64,000 nt of DNA from Minisyncoccota bacterium (GCA_041666305.1 JBAYHD010000001.1:18149-82148); one strand, 5' to 3'. Shown: positions 21,416 to 31,198, numbered from the stretch's first letter. The notes: generated by a model from the sequence alone, not told the origin. A program made the numbers and translations.

Positions 21416-21978
21416 TAGATGCCGAGCGCCGTATTGATATCGGCTGCAATTGGTTCTCGCGCTCGTTCGCCGTCAATTTCGATCAACATGCCCTTGCTCC
21501 GGAACATTTCAATGACCGGTTCAGTATATTCGCGATATTCCTTCAGGCGCTCATCAACCGCATTATCATCGACGCGCCCCTCGATATCTTTCCGCAACGC
21601 GAGACGATGTTTGATCTCTTCATCCGATACCTTCAAGTGTATGACCGAGAATACGCGGTCAAGCCACGCGAGCGATTCCACGGCGAGTTCCGCTTCGGGA
21701 AGTTTCCGGCTGAATCCGTCAAAAATGATGCTTTCATTTTCCGCGAGCGAAAAAAGATTCTTCAAAAAAAGATAGGTAGCAAACCAGTGCGGCGCGAGAA
21801 GCCCCGCATTTATTTCCGACTTCACCTTCCGCCCAACGGGCGTATCCTCGGTCGCAATCATGCGAAATCCATCCCCGCTTGAAAGGATTTCCCAGCCGGT
21901 CTTAGCGGAGAGAAGTTTTGTCTGATCGCCCTTCCCGCAGCCCGGCTTCCCTATGAAAAATATCGTGCGCGTTTCCAT
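21415..21978 (-). CDS. adk: Adenylate kinase (short LID)
   Basis: GKPGCGKG P-loop, FDGFSR, GRVDD; secY-adk-map synteny. Confidence 0.93.
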   Translation of the reverse strand: METRTIFFIGKPGCGKGDQTKLLSAKTGWEILSSGDGFRMIATEDTPVGRKVKSEINAGLLAPHWFATYLFLKNLFSLAENESIIFDGFSRKLPEAELAVESLAWLDRVFSVIHLKVSDEEIKHRLALRKDIEGRVDDNAVDERLKEYREYTEPVIEMFRSKGMLIEIDGERAREPIAADINTALGI

Positions 21979-22000
21979 TCCTATTACTTTACCATTCATT

Positions 22001-22184
22001 AAGAGTTCGTTCAAAAACTTTAGATGCGCGGCGCGGACGAGCACCGAACCGAGCCGTACTGAAGGGTACGGTGAGGGAGGAGCGGAGTCCGCACCACATA
22101 GAGTACTTCAGAAAACATAGTCGTGAGTACACTCCTTGTTTTCTTGGTCGCAACAAAGCAGATGAAGTTTTTGGACGGGCTCTA
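22001..22184. mobile_element. MITE-like structured element, family A, copy 1 (abuts secY TAG)
   Basis: Imperfect 20-bp terminal inverted repeats; internal GATGC..GGCGCG..GACGAG, CGTAC..GTACG, GTCGCAACAA.GCAGATG shared with 36175-36302. Confidence 0.7.
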
Positions 22185-23456
22185 ATATTCGCGGAGCGAA
22201 ACTTGAGCATCAATCTTGTGAGCAAGATCAAGTGCGACCTGCACGGCAATAAGAAGCGCTGTGCCGCCGAGCACCAGCGTGGTGACGCCCGTGAGTCCCT
22301 GAATGATTGATGGGGAGATGGCGATAAGACCGAGAAAACAAGCGCCGGGAAGCGTGACACGATTCACGACCTTGCCGATGTAGTCCTCCGTCTCGCGGCC
22401 GGGGCGAACTCCAGGAACGAAGGCACCGGTCTTCTGGAGATTCTCCGCAACACGATGCGGCTCAAAGGTAACGGCGGTGTAGAAGTAGGTGAAGAGCACC
22501 ACAAGAAGGAAATATGCCGCCCCGTATTGCCATGGATTGGAAAGGAATGAGGAGTACCAAAGCGCCGCACTTGAGGCAAAGGATATCTTCAGAGCACCGA
22601 GCATCGAGAGCGCCATCTGGGGCAAAAGCAGGAGCGACAATGCAAAGATGATCGGAATAACGCCTGCCTGCAAGAGACGTATCGGAAGATACGTCGCGGC
22701 ACCCTGCGACATCGCTGCGCCGCGCACCGCGCGCGCATACGCAATCGGGATGGAACGTTCCGCGTCCGACACGACGACGACCGCGTAGATCATTGCGAGT
22801 GCAAGTGCGATGAATGCGACGTATGCGGGGATGTTCGCAGCGGATGCGGCAAACAAAGTCTGCGAAATGCTCGAGGGCACGCTTGCGAGGATGCCCGCAA
22901 GAATGACGAGCGATACGCCGTTGCCGATACCGAACTCCGTCACGAGCTCGCCGAGCCACATAAGAAGCATGGAACCGGAGGCGATAATGGCAATATTTGC
23001 GATGAGAGCGATCGTGCTCAAGTGAGCAATGACACCCTGGCTCTCGAGAAGAAGCAAGAAACCGATGCCCTGCAATACGGCGATAGGAATGGTGAGCAGG
23101 CGGCTCCATTCGATGAATTTTGCGCGGCCGGCTTCGCCTTCTTCAAAATACGCCTGCTTGACCTGCGGAAAGATGATAGTACCGAGCTGCATGATGATGG
23201 ATGCGGTGATGTACGGGCCGACGCCGAGCATCACGATGGAAAGCGAAGAGAGCCCGCCGCCGGAGAAGATATTCAGAAGCCCGAAGAATTGATTATTCGA
23301 AAAAAACGCCGCAAGCGCGTTCTTATCAACACCCGGTATCGGGATAGAGGCAAGAAGACGGAACAACACGAGCGCACCAATGAGGAAGAGGATTCGGGAA
23401 CGTATCTCGGAAGCGCCGAAAGCAAGTTTGAGCTTGTGAATGAAGGAATTAAGCAT
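22182..23456 (-). CDS. secY: Preprotein translocase subunit SecY
   Basis: LGVGPYITASII, GIGNGVSL, AGVIPIIFA, VPGVRPG. Confidence 0.99.
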   Translation of the reverse strand: MLNSFIHKLKLAFGASEIRSRILFLIGALVLFRLLASIPIPGVDKNALAAFFSNNQFFGLLNIFSGGGLSSLSIVMLGVGPYITASIIMQLGTIIFPQVKQAYFEEGEAGRAKFIEWSRLLTIPIAVLQGIGFLLLLESQGVIAHLSTIALIANIAIIASGSMLLMWLGELVTEFGIGNGVSLVILAGILASVPSSISQTLFAASAANIPAYVAFIALALAMIYAVVVVSDAERSIPIAYARAVRGAAMSQGAATYLPIRLLQAGVIPIIFALSLLLLPQMALSMLGALKISFASSAALWYSSFLSNPWQYGAAYFLLVVLFTYFYTAVTFEPHRVAENLQKTGAFVPGVRPGRETEDYIGKVVNRVTLPGACFLGLIAISPSIIQGLTGVTTLVLGGTALLIAVQVALDLAHKIDAQVSLREY

Positions 23457-23901
23457 GGATGGTCCCGCCGGCTGCAGTGATCGCAGCGCGTGCAGTAACG
23501 GAAAGTGTACAACCTTTTATAACAAGTGCTTTTGCAAGCGTGCCGGTGCCGAGTATCTTCACAATCGGTGCACGTCCTTTTGCGCGACGTACAAGACCTT
23601 TCGCGACCAGCGATGCAGGCGAGACGGTCTCGCCTGCCTTGTAGGCGGCTTCAAGCGCCGCGAGATTCACCGCGGAAACCGCGATGCGGTTGACCTTCAC
23701 GGAGCGAGCTCGGTTCTTGCCGTGTCCGCGGCGCTTTGGGAGCTTCTTGATAAGGTCGCGCACTTCCGGGCGGATGTGGTGACCCGCGCGTGCCGTCTGC
23801 CCCTTCCCTCCGCGACCGGAAGTCTTTCCGCGCTTGCCACCGCGACCGACTGGCGCGTTCTTTTTATTTTTAGTGCGTGGTGAAATGGTGTTGAGTTGCA
23901 T
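23449..23901 (-). CDS. rplO: 50S ribosomal protein L15
   Basis: VGRGGKRGKTSGRGGKGQTARAG, VKILGTG. Confidence 0.97.
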   Translation of the reverse strand: MQLNTISPRTKNKKNAPVGRGGKRGKTSGRGGKGQTARAGHHIRPEVRDLIKKLPKRRGHGKNRARSVKVNRIAVSAVNLAALEAAYKAGETVSPASLVAKGLVRRAKGRAPIVKILGTGTLAKALVIKGCTLSVTARAAITAAGGTIHA

Positions 23902-23902
23902 A

Positions 23903-23990
23903 CCCCGTATGATTATTTGCCGCAATTGCGGTCGCTGATAAATCGCACAAATTTTTGCTTACGAGAGATGTGTTGAGTAATCATACGGGG
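23903..23990. mobile_element. 88-bp MITE, family B, 13-bp perfect TIR, CATA target duplication
   Basis: cata|ccccgtatgatta...taatcatacgggg|cata. Confidence 0.8.
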
Positions 23991-24003
23991 CATACAAAAA
24001 TGA

Positions 24004-24627
24004 TTATGCGCTACGAAGCTTCTTCAACGCCGTGATCGTTGCGCGCGCAATGGTGAGCTTATTCTTCGTGCGCGTGTGGATCTTCGTCACGACGTCGGTC
24101 ACGCCCGCGAGGTCGAGCACGGTGCGCATCGCCGAACCGGCGACGAGCCCGCGCCCCTTGGACGGAATGATTTCTACGATGGAAGAAGCGTACTTTGCTT
24201 TCACCTGATGCGGAATGGAACCTGACTTTGTTCGAGCAACGGTGAAGAGATGCTTCTTCGCATCCCGAGTCGCTTTATCGATTGCGAGCGCAGTGTCCGC
24301 AGCTTTGCCGAGGCCGACCCCCACACGACCCTTCTTATCGCCGATGACGACGACGAGGCTGAAATTGAAGCGGCGACCGCCGGCCATAACACGGGCCACG
24401 CGGCGCGCATCGATGGTCACCTGGTCGAACTCGCCGCGCTCACGCGGCGGCCGACCGCGGCCGCCGCCGCGCGGAGCGCGGCCGCGCATAGCACCACGGC
24501 CGCCGCCGCGCTGCGCGGCGGCGGGAGCTGCTGGAGCGACTTCTGCCGCAGCAACTTCAACAACCGCCTCGGGCGCGGTTACTTCCTCCACTTCCTGTAT
24601 GATCTCCGGCTTAAGGGGTGTAGTCAT
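24004..24627 (-). CDS. rpsE: 30S ribosomal protein S5
   Basis: RVARVMAGGRRFNF, GRVGVGLGKA. Confidence 0.98.
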   Translation of the reverse strand: MTTPLKPEIIQEVEEVTAPEAVVEVAAAEVAPAAPAAAQRGGGRGAMRGRAPRGGGRGRPPRERGEFDQVTIDARRVARVMAGGRRFNFSLVVVIGDKKGRVGVGLGKAADTALAIDKATRDAKKHLFTVARTKSGSIPHQVKAKYASSIVEIIPSKGRGLVAGSAMRTVLDLAGVTDVVTKIHTRTKNKLTIARATITALKKLRSA

Positions 24628-24632
24628 AGTAT

Positions 24633-24983
24633 TTAAAAAGTAAGTCCTCCTTCGCGCGCGGCATCGGCAAGCGCTTTCACCTGGCCGGCGTAGCGATAGC
24701 CACCGCGATCAAACACGATTGTCGTGATGCCTTTCGCTTTTGCCGCCTTGGCGACCGCGCTACCCACCGCCTTTGCCTGCACCGACTGAGCGCCTTTGAA
24801 TTCGCGTCCGTGCGAAGCGGCGATGGTCTTCCCCGCCACGTCATCAATGAGTTGTGCGGAAACGAAACGGTTACTGCGAAAAACGGCGAGACGCGGGCGC
24901 TCCGCGGTACCCTTCACCGTCGCACGCACGCGCGCATGGCGGCGCTTGCGCAATTCACTGGTAGTAGTGGGTTTGTGATTCAT
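24633..24983 (-). CDS. rplR: 50S ribosomal protein L18
   Basis: [21 protein letters not shown]. Confidence 0.98.
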   Translation of the reverse strand: MNHKPTTTSELRKRRHARVRATVKGTAERPRLAVFRSNRFVSAQLIDDVAGKTIAASHGREFKGAQSVQAKAVGSAVAKAAKAKGITTIVFDRGGYRYAGQVKALADAAREGGLTF

Positions 24984-24989
24984 ATACGC

Positions 24990-25520
24990 TTAGACGGCCT
25001 TTTTGCCCTGCTTGCGGCGGATGACTTCGCCTTCATAGTGAATGCCTTTGCCGAGGTATGGCTCCGGTGGCTTGATGCGACGCACATTTGCGGCGAACTG
25101 CCCGACCGATTCCTTGTTCACGCTTTCGAGCGTCATCACGTTCTTCTCAACCTTTGCCGAAACATCTTCCGGTATCGTGAGCGGGACCGTGTGCGAGAAG
25201 CCGACCGTGAGCACGACCTCCTTTCCTCTCACTTCCATCTTGTAGCCGACGCCGTCCATGACGAGCTTTTTCACATAGGGCGTCTCGACACCCTGCACCA
25301 TATTCTTCACGTGCGATGCATAGGTGCCGGTAAGCGCTTTCGAAAGGCGGGAGCCGTCCTTCGGCGTGATTATGACACCCTCCGGAGAGACAGCGATATC
25401 CACGGTGGGATGCACACGCTTGGTAAGCGTGCCCTTAGTACCTTTCACGGTGAGCGTACCGCCCGCCACCGACACGGCGGTCTTTCCTACTGAAATCGGC
25501 TTTTTTGCGAGGCGTGACAT
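24990..25520 (-). CDS. rplF: 50S ribosomal protein L6
   Basis: MSRLAKKPI, PPEPYLGKGI. Confidence 0.98.
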   Translation of the reverse strand: MSRLAKKPISVGKTAVSVAGGTLTVKGTKGTLTKRVHPTVDIAVSPEGVIITPKDGSRLSKALTGTYASHVKNMVQGVETPYVKKLVMDGVGYKMEVRGKEVVLTVGFSHTVPLTIPEDVSAKVEKNVMTLESVNKESVGQFAANVRRIKPPEPYLGKGIHYEGEVIRRKQGKKAV

Positions 25521-25530
25521 ATAAAAATAA

Positions 25531-25935
25531 TTACCAGATCTCGAAGAGGTCCTCGCCGCCGACCCTATTCTTACGCGCCTCGGCATCCGTGATGATGCCG
25601 AGCGATGACGAAAGAATGCGCGCGCCGGTGCCGCCCTTCACTTTGTGTGCGGCAGTGTGCGGCGCGTACAGCCGGCGGCCCGGCTTACTGATGCGCTTCA
25701 CGCCGCGAAGCTTCGCTTCTCCGCGCTCGTTGTAGGCGAGTTCTACGATAATATTTTTCTTCACACTTCCCTCTTCTTTTTCTTTCACTTCAACACGAGA
25801 AACAAAACCCAGCTCGCGAAGTTTCTTCGCGATAGTGAGCAGATGTTCCGAATACGGTAGAGAAACTTCTTTCTTGCCGATCATCGCGGCATTCTGCAAA
25901 CGAATTATGAAATCTCCGACGCGGTCAGTTACCAT
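25531..25935 (-). CDS. rpsH: 30S ribosomal protein S8
   Basis: [21 protein letters not shown]. Confidence 0.98.
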   Translation of the reverse strand: MVTDRVGDFIIRLQNAAMIGKKEVSLPYSEHLLTIAKKLRELGFVSRVEVKEKEEGSVKKNIIVELAYNERGEAKLRGVKRISKPGRRLYAPHTAAHKVKGGTGARILSSSLGIITDAEARKNRVGGEDLFEIW

Positions 25936-26198
25936 GACGCTTTCTTTACGCCCGGTATCTTCCCCTCGCGTGCGAGCTCGCGGAACTGGATGCGCGAAAG
26001 ACCGAAAGTGCGCATATAACCGCGAGAGCGACCGCTGATGGCACAGCGATTTTTCAGCCGAACAGGAGACGAATTCCTCGGAAGGGCTTGAAGGCCAGCA
26101 GAGTCACCGGCGGCTTTGAGGGCCGCGCGCTTGACTGCATATTTCGCTACGAGTTTCGTCTTTTTGACGAGTCGCGCGAGCTGGGATTTCTTTGCCAT
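25929..26198 (-). CDS. rpsN: 30S ribosomal protein S14, 89-aa zinc-independent type
   Basis: [14 protein letters not shown]...[10 protein letters not shown]...GVKKASW; only one Cys. Confidence 0.97.
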   Translation of the reverse strand: MAKKSQLARLVKKTKLVAKYAVKRAALKAAGDSAGLQALPRNSSPVRLKNRCAISGRSRGYMRTFGLSRIQFRELAREGKIPGVKKASW

Positions 26199-26230
26199 GT
26201 AAAAAATAAAGCCCCGAAGAGCGTGCAAGT

Positions 26231-26259
26231 AATGTATCACCTAGCTCCTACCCCGTCAA
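26231..26259 (-). promoter_or_regulatory. Sigma70-type promoter for rpsN onward
   Basis: TTGACG-17-TACATT on the minus strand. Confidence 0.6.
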
Positions 26260-26322
26260 ACCGACTGCTTTAGAAAACGGAAATCGCTCGGGTGGAGCAG
26301 TTTCCGCCGAGCGACTTGCTTT

Positions 26323-26637
26323 TTAGCCATCTAGGTTTGACATGCACGCAGCCCAGCTCGCCTGTCGCCGAGCAGGTTCGCCCAGTTCGAGAACTTCGCT
26401 ACCTATCGTGGTTTCGTATTCGTAGCCAGCGAGCTGTTCAAGTTCAAGGAGTGGGATGACCTCCTCGTTGATCGCCTTCAAGATCTCTGCAGGAATGGGC
26501 TTCCCTACTCCCTGAAAAATTACTGTCTCTTTCCCGCAACTGATCGTGCGATGCATTGTTACAGTCATGGTTTCAAGCTCAGTCGAGATGCCATTCTGTT
26601 TCAGAATGGCAAAGAACTTTCGATTGCTTCCCAACAT
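26323..26637 (-). CDS. Hypothetical protein
   Basis: 104-aa ORF, TTG start with aaggagg SD, followed by a hairpin. Confidence 0.65.
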   Translation of the reverse strand: MLGSNRKFFAILKQNGISTELETMTVTMHRTISCGKETVIFQGVGKPIPAEILKAINEEVIPLLELEQLAGYEYETTIGSEVLELGEPARRQASWAACMSNLDG

Positions 26638-26735
26638 GATTTCCTCCTTTTCAGGAAAAATATTGATACCGATTCACCATTGAATCCGAACCCAACCAAT
26701 AGTAGACCGATAGGCGAAAAAAGTAAAATTACCAT

Positions 26736-26774
26736 TATCCCCATTTTGACCCGGTCGGGTCATTATTGGGATAC
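26736..26774. repeat. 39-bp nested palindrome, left copy of the direct repeat flanking PaaX-like gene 1
   Basis: tatccccattttgacccggtcgggtcattattgggatac, identical to 27379-27417. Confidence 0.95.
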
Positions 26775-26795
26775 GTGGTTTAGTATGATTAAGCG

Positions 26796-27377
26796 ATGGG
26801 GACAGTTGAAGTGGGGGCAAAAATAAAAAGAAGAAAGAGAGATCTGCGGAGTGCAGCGCTCATCACCATCGGTTTGGCCGGGACTATCGCCGTCGCCGCC
26901 GTTGCACCAAACATGTTCCAGCTCCTCGGAAAGACCGGTCTACTTACCCGTCTTAAGTATCGCAGTAAGGGAGTACTCGCTCGATTGAAGTACAAAGGCG
27001 AGATCGAATTTGTAGAAAAGAACGGGAAGAAATATGTACGACTAACCGACAAGGGTGAAAAAATGTTGGATCTCAATCGCGAGAAATTAAATCTAACGAA
27101 CAAGAAACCGAAAAGGTGGGATCGCCGATACCGGCTGGTCATGTTCGATATACCGGAGAAACGGAACAACATCCGCAAGCTCTTACGTTTTGAGATGCGG
27201 GAGATCGGTTTCTTGCGTATACAGGACAGCGTCTGGGTCTACCCTTTTGATTGCGAAGAGTTCATCACACTCCTTAAGGCGGACTTGCGGGTTGGTAAGG
27301 ATATTCTCTACGCAGTTGTAGAAGAAATAGAAAACGACAAGTGGATCCGCAAACACTTTAATCTACCCCTTAAATAA
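26796..27377 (+). CDS. PaaX-like winged-HTH + Cas2-like domain protein (copy 1)
   Basis: RLTDKG wing, WDRRYRLVMFDIPE...LRFEMREIGFLRIQDSVW. Confidence 0.85.
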   Translation: MGTVEVGAKIKRRKRDLRSAALITIGLAGTIAVAAVAPNMFQLLGKTGLLTRLKYRSKGVLARLKYKGEIEFVEKNGKKYVRLTDKGEKMLDLNREKLNLTNKKPKRWDRRYRLVMFDIPEKRNNIRKLLRFEMREIGFLRIQDSVWVYPFDCEEFITLLKADLRVGKDILYAVVEEIENDKWIRKHFNLPLK

Positions 27378-27378
27378 C

Positions 27379-27417
27379 TATCCCCATTTTGACCCGGTCG
27401 GGTCATTATTGGGATAC
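27379..27417. repeat. 39-bp nested palindrome, right copy
   Basis: Identical to 26736-26774; one base separates it from the stop codon. Confidence 0.95.
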
Positions 27418-27442
27418 ATTAGTGGTTTGTATTAAAATAAAA

Positions 27443-27991
27443 CTACTTTTTCGGAGCTTCGACGATAAGAGGGAGACCCAAGTGACGGAAGAAAGCCTCG
27501 GCCTCGGCCTTCGATTTTGCGGTCGTAACCACGGTCATAGCGAGCCCGAACACGTCCTTCAGGTCCTCGTCGGAAGTTTCCGGAAAGATGGTGTGTTCCT
27601 TGATGCCGATGGTGATATTGCCCATGTCATCAATGGCTTTTGCTGAGAGGCCGCGGAAGTCACGAGTGCGCGGGAGAGCGATGTGGATGAGTTTGTCGAG
27701 GAAGTCATACATCCGGGCGCCGCGGAGCGTCACCTGGAGCCCAACGGTATCGCCTTCGCGCACCTTGAAGGATGCGATGGATTGTTTCGCGGCGCGCGGT
27801 GCCGGTTTCTGCCCAGTGATCTTTCCAAGACGATTCTCAATAAGTTCGATCTGCTTCTTGTCGCGCTTCTTGCCGACGCCGGTGGAGACAACGACTTTCA
27901 TAATGCGCGGGCCCTGCATCGGGCTCGTGTAGCCGAAATCCTTCGCGAGGGCGAGGTAGGCGGTCTGTTGGCGTTCTTTGGTAATAGACAT
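27443..27991 (-). CDS. rplE: 50S ribosomal protein L5
   Basis: ITGQKP, VTLRGARMYDF, PRTRDFRG. Confidence 0.98.
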   Translation of the reverse strand: MSITKERQQTAYLALAKDFGYTSPMQGPRIMKVVVSTGVGKKRDKKQIELIENRLGKITGQKPAPRAAKQSIASFKVREGDTVGLQVTLRGARMYDFLDKLIHIALPRTRDFRGLSAKAIDDMGNITIGIKEHTIFPETSDEDLKDVFGLAMTVVTTAKSKAEAEAFFRHLGLPLIVEAPKK

Positions 27992-28001
27992 AATTGCAAT
28001 A

Positions 28002-28295
28002 TTATTTTGCGCCTGCGGCTGGCTTAGCAGTCTTCTTCGCCTTTTTAACCGGCGCATCGAGTGCCGACTGTATCTTCACCGCTTCAACGCGAGCGACATT
28101 TGATGCATCAATGGCGCGCGGACGCTCCGCGATGCTGCCGACCTTCCCTTGGCCGCCCTTCAGGTGGCGCTTGTAGAGCGCAACGCCTTCGATGACGACT
28201 TTATTCTCGCGCGGTAGTGCGCGCAGAATGACGCCGGACTTACCTTTGTCCTTGCCTGCGATGACTTTCACTTTGTCTCCTTTTTTTACGTGCAT
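28002..28295 (-). CDS. rplX: 50S ribosomal protein L24
   Basis: VKKGDKVKVIAGKDKGKSG, IDASNV. Confidence 0.97.
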   Translation of the reverse strand: MHVKKGDKVKVIAGKDKGKSGVILRALPRENKVVIEGVALYKRHLKGGQGKVGSIAERPRAIDASNVARVEAVKIQSALDAPVKKAKKTAKPAAGAK

Positions 28296-28305
28296 ATGCA
28301 ATGTA

Positions 28306-28683
28306 TTAAACGACTTCAGGCGCCAAAGCGACAATGTTGTGCCAGCCCTTCTCGGAAAGCTCGCGCGGGACCGGACCGAAAATGCGGTTCCCCTTCGGGC
28401 CCATTTCCTTGCCCTGCTTCTCAATGAGTACGACCGCATTCTCATCGAAGCGAATATATGAACCGTCCTTGCGCGCGAACGGATTGACCTGGCGCACCAC
28501 GACCGCGCGGAAGATATCTTTCTTCTTCACCGCCTTTCGTGGAGCCGCCGTCTGAATAGAGACGACCACCGTGTCGCCGATACCCGCGTAGCGGCGCTTG
28601 CTGCCGCCGAGTATTTTGAAAATACGCGCGACTTGGCCGCCGGAATTATCTGCAACTGTAACGATGGATTGAGCCTGCAACAT
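28306..28683 (-). CDS. rplN: 50S ribosomal protein L14
   Basis: VADNSG, IRFDENA, RIFGPV, LAPEV. Confidence 0.98.
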   Translation of the reverse strand: MLQAQSIVTVADNSGGQVARIFKILGGSKRRYAGIGDTVVVSIQTAAPRKAVKKKDIFRAVVVRQVNPFARKDGSYIRFDENAVVLIEKQGKEMGPKGNRIFGPVPRELSEKGWHNIVALAPEVV

Positions 28684-28684
28684 A

Positions 28685-29035
28685 TTATTCAGCCGAGGTA
28701 ACTCCTCGCTTCGAGGTGTTTCCTCGATCCTTATCAGTGACTCCTTGCTTCAAGGTGTCTCCTTGATCCTCATAATCAGCGGATACGGTCTTCGTCGGAT
28801 CAATGGCGAACCGCTTCAGTTTGGAAATAGGACGTGTCGCAACGATGGTCACCGTGTCGCCGACTTTCACGGTGTTGCCGGGATCATGCGCGAGATACTT
28901 CTTGGAGCGCACGAAATACTTCTTGTATTTCGCATTCTTCACGTAGCGGTCCACTTTGACCGTGGCCGTATCTTTCATCGCCGTCTTCACGACGGTGCCG
29001 ACGAACGTTTGGGGGCGGAGGGTTTTTGTTTCCAT
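28685..29035 (-). CDS. rpsQ: 30S ribosomal protein S17 (C-terminal extension)
   Basis: KKYLAHD, TRPISKLKRF. Confidence 0.97.
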   Translation of the reverse strand: METKTLRPQTFVGTVVKTAMKDTATVKVDRYVKNAKYKKYFVRSKKYLAHDPGNTVKVGDTVTIVATRPISKLKRFAIDPTKTVSADYEDQGDTLKQGVTDKDRGNTSKRGVTSAE

Positions 29036-29039
29036 AGTA

Positions 29040-29240
29040 TTATGCGGCCTTCAATTGGCGCGCACGCTGCTCAGTGAGCGCGCGGGCGATGACCTTGCGA
29101 AGCTTGCTCGGCGCATTGCTCTCCTTGGCGCGAGCGCCGGCAGCCGAAAAGCGCTCGGTGCGGAGCGTTTCGCGCGTCTCAATGAGAAGCTTCACGAGCT
29201 CCTGATCAGTCTTTGATGCCATTGTTTCTTTTTTTGTCAT
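29040..29240 (-). CDS. rpmC: 50S ribosomal protein L29
   Basis: LRKVIARALT; synteny. Confidence 0.93.
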   Translation of the reverse strand: MTKKETMASKTDQELVKLLIETRETLRTERFSAAGARAKESNAPSKLRKVIARALTEQRARQLKAA

Positions 29241-29263
29241 AGAAATGAAGGAAAAGCAAGGAA

Positions 29264-29686
29264 TTAGCTTCGAGTGACGATGGTCGTCTTCACCGGGAGC
29301 TTCATGCCCGCTTGTCGCATGTGAGCACGAGCGATCTTCTCGTCGACGCCGTCCATCTCGAAAAGAATGCGGCCCGGGCGCACCTGAAAGACGTAATGTT
29401 TCGGATCGCCCTTTCCGGAACCCATGCCCACTTCCGCCGGCTTTGCGGTCACCGGTCGGTCGGGGAAAATGCGGATCCAGAGCTTGCCGGTCTTCGCCGT
29501 TGCGCGCGTGAGCACCTTGCGAGCCGCTTCGATCTGGTTGCTCGTCACGCGAGCTGCAGTGAGCGCCTTGAGTCCGTACGAACCGAACGCCACAGTGATG
29601 CCGCGCGTATCAGGACGATTGAGATGCTTCTCGCTCATGCGCTGCGTCTGCCACTTGCGATGTTTTACTTTTTTGGGGAACAACAT
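29264..29686 (-). CDS. rplP: 50S ribosomal protein L16
   Basis: QIEAAR, WIRIFPD, MGSGKG. Confidence 0.98.
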   Translation of the reverse strand: MLFPKKVKHRKWQTQRMSEKHLNRPDTRGITVAFGSYGLKALTAARVTSNQIEAARKVLTRATAKTGKLWIRIFPDRPVTAKPAEVGMGSGKGDPKHYVFQVRPGRILFEMDGVDEKIARAHMRQAGMKLPVKTTIVTRS

Positions 29687-29696
29687 ATGCAACTAA

Positions 29697-30404
29697 TTAG
29701 CGAGCAGATGCCTCGGGCATGCGTACCGGTGCTTTCTTGTCCTGGTAGACATTGCCGCGGAAGATCCACACCTTGATGCCGATGACGCCGTACGGCAATT
29801 GCGCCTCGTCGTGCGCGAAGTCGATGTCGGCACGGAAGGTTTGGAGCGGAATACGACCTTTCTTTATCTCCTCTTTGCGGCTCATTTCTGCGCCGCCCAA
29901 GCGTCCCGCGAGCGCGATGCGCACACCCTCGACCTCGCGCACGGCGATGACCTTCTCGACGGTCGACTTCAGCACGCGGCGGAACGGCATGCGCTTCTCG
30001 AGCCCTTCCGCGATCATGTACGCAACGACTGCCGCATCCGTTTCCGGTTGGCGGACTTCATTGATATCAAATTTGACCTGTTTGCCGGCGGGAAGCGCAT
30101 TCGGGGAGGCCTTTCGCGCTACTTCAGTCAATTCCGCACGCAGTTTCGCGGCGTTCTCGCCGGAACGGCCGATGACGAGGCCTGGGCGCGCGGTGGAAAG
30201 AATGACGCGCAGTTCACCGGCGGAACGCTCTATCTCGACGCCGCTCGTGTAGGTCCCGCGCAAGCGCTTCTTGAGAAAGCGGCGAATGGTCTCGTCTACC
30301 TTGATGTTGTCGCGATAGACCTTTTTATCGCTGGCGAACCAACGGCTCTTCCAATCCCGGATGATGCCGAGACGATGTGCGTAAGGATGTACGATGTGTG
30401 TCAT
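29697..30404 (-). CDS. rpsC: 30S ribosomal protein S3
   Basis: ARPGLVIG, GRLGGAEM, YGVIGIKVWI. Confidence 0.98.
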   Translation of the reverse strand: MTHIVHPYAHRLGIIRDWKSRWFASDKKVYRDNIKVDETIRRFLKKRLRGTYTSGVEIERSAGELRVILSTARPGLVIGRSGENAAKLRAELTEVARKASPNALPAGKQVKFDINEVRQPETDAAVVAYMIAEGLEKRMPFRRVLKSTVEKVIAVREVEGVRIALAGRLGGAEMSRKEEIKKGRIPLQTFRADIDFAHDEAQLPYGVIGIKVWIFRGNVYQDKKAPVRMPEASAR

Positions 30405-30410
30405 ATAAAT

Positions 30411-30779
30411 TTAATCGTCGAGGGTCTCTACGGTCTCTACGCTCTTTTTTGTCGAGCCTGAAGAAAGCTTCACGATCACTCGGCTCTTGCGGCGGCGTAT
30501 CATGGAAGCGCGACCGAACGCGCGCGGCATGTACTTCTTCAACATGCCGGCATTCTCCACGATGATGGACTGCACGACGAGGTCGTCCACGTTCTCCCCG
30601 CGATCTTTTGCATTTGCGGCCGCGCTCTTGATGAGCTTCGCGATGGTCTCCGAAGCGCGCTTCGGCAAAAATTCAAGCGCTGCGAGCGCAGCCGGCACCT
30701 TCTTGCCTTTCACAAGCTCGGTCACCAGACGGACCTTGCGCGGCGTTTGATTATGGCTCTTGAGTGTTGCGTTTGCCAT
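30411..30779 (-). CDS. rplV: 50S ribosomal protein L22
   Basis: PRKVRLV, KSAAANA, PRAFGRA. Confidence 0.98.
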   Translation of the reverse strand: MANATLKSHNQTPRKVRLVTELVKGKKVPAALAALEFLPKRASETIAKLIKSAAANAKDRGENVDDLVVQSIIVENAGMLKKYMPRAFGRASMIRRRKSRVIVKLSSGSTKKSVETVETLDD

Positions 30780-30782
30780 ATA

Positions 30783-31133
30783 TTATTTCTTTGCGGGCGC
30801 GGCGGCGGTAGACTCCTTCGCCGACTTCGCAGATGCGATCTCAGCTTCAGCCTTTTTCGCCTCCATCTCCTTCTGCATCTTGCCGCCGTGGCGGAGGAAC
30901 TTCTTGGTCGGGGAAAATTCGCCGAGACGGTGTCCGACCATATCCTCATTCACGAGGACTTCAATATGAGACTTGCCGTTATGTACACCGAAGGTGAAGC
31001 CGATCATTTCTGGGCTTATCTGGCTGCGACGCGCCCAGGTCTTCACCACGCCCGCAGTGGCGGGTTTGAGGTTTTGGACTTTCTTGAGGAGTTTGGCGTC
31101 CACGAAGGGTCCTTTCTTTATCGAGCGTGACAT
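30783..31133 (-). CDS. rpsS: 30S ribosomal protein S19
   Basis: [22 protein letters not shown]. Confidence 0.98.
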   Translation of the reverse strand: MSRSIKKGPFVDAKLLKKVQNLKPATAGVVKTWARRSQISPEMIGFTFGVHNGKSHIEVLVNEDMVGHRLGEFSPTKKFLRHGGKMQKEMEAKKAEAEIASAKSAKESTAAAPAKK

Positions 31134-31143
31134 AAAAGTAATG

Positions 31144-31198
31144 AAAAGCCCGCACTGCGGGATAGCTCAAAGATACAGGAAGTCATTTGCAAAGTCAA
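31144..31198 (-). promoter_or_regulatory. Internal promoter and leader hairpin of rpsS
   Basis: TTGACT-17-TATCTT then ATCCCGCAGTGCGGG hairpin. Confidence 0.65.

Noticed and set aside
23903-24003. rpmD (uL30) pseudogene
   Set aside because: The spacer is almost entirely the MITE and shows no L30-like peptide; loss of uL30 in CPR is already known.
26736-27417. CRISPR array or CRISPR-Cas locus suggested by 39-bp palindromic repeats and a Cas2-like protein
   Set aside because: Only two repeats, separated by a whole gene rather than a 30-40 bp spacer; no cas1 or effector genes in the window.
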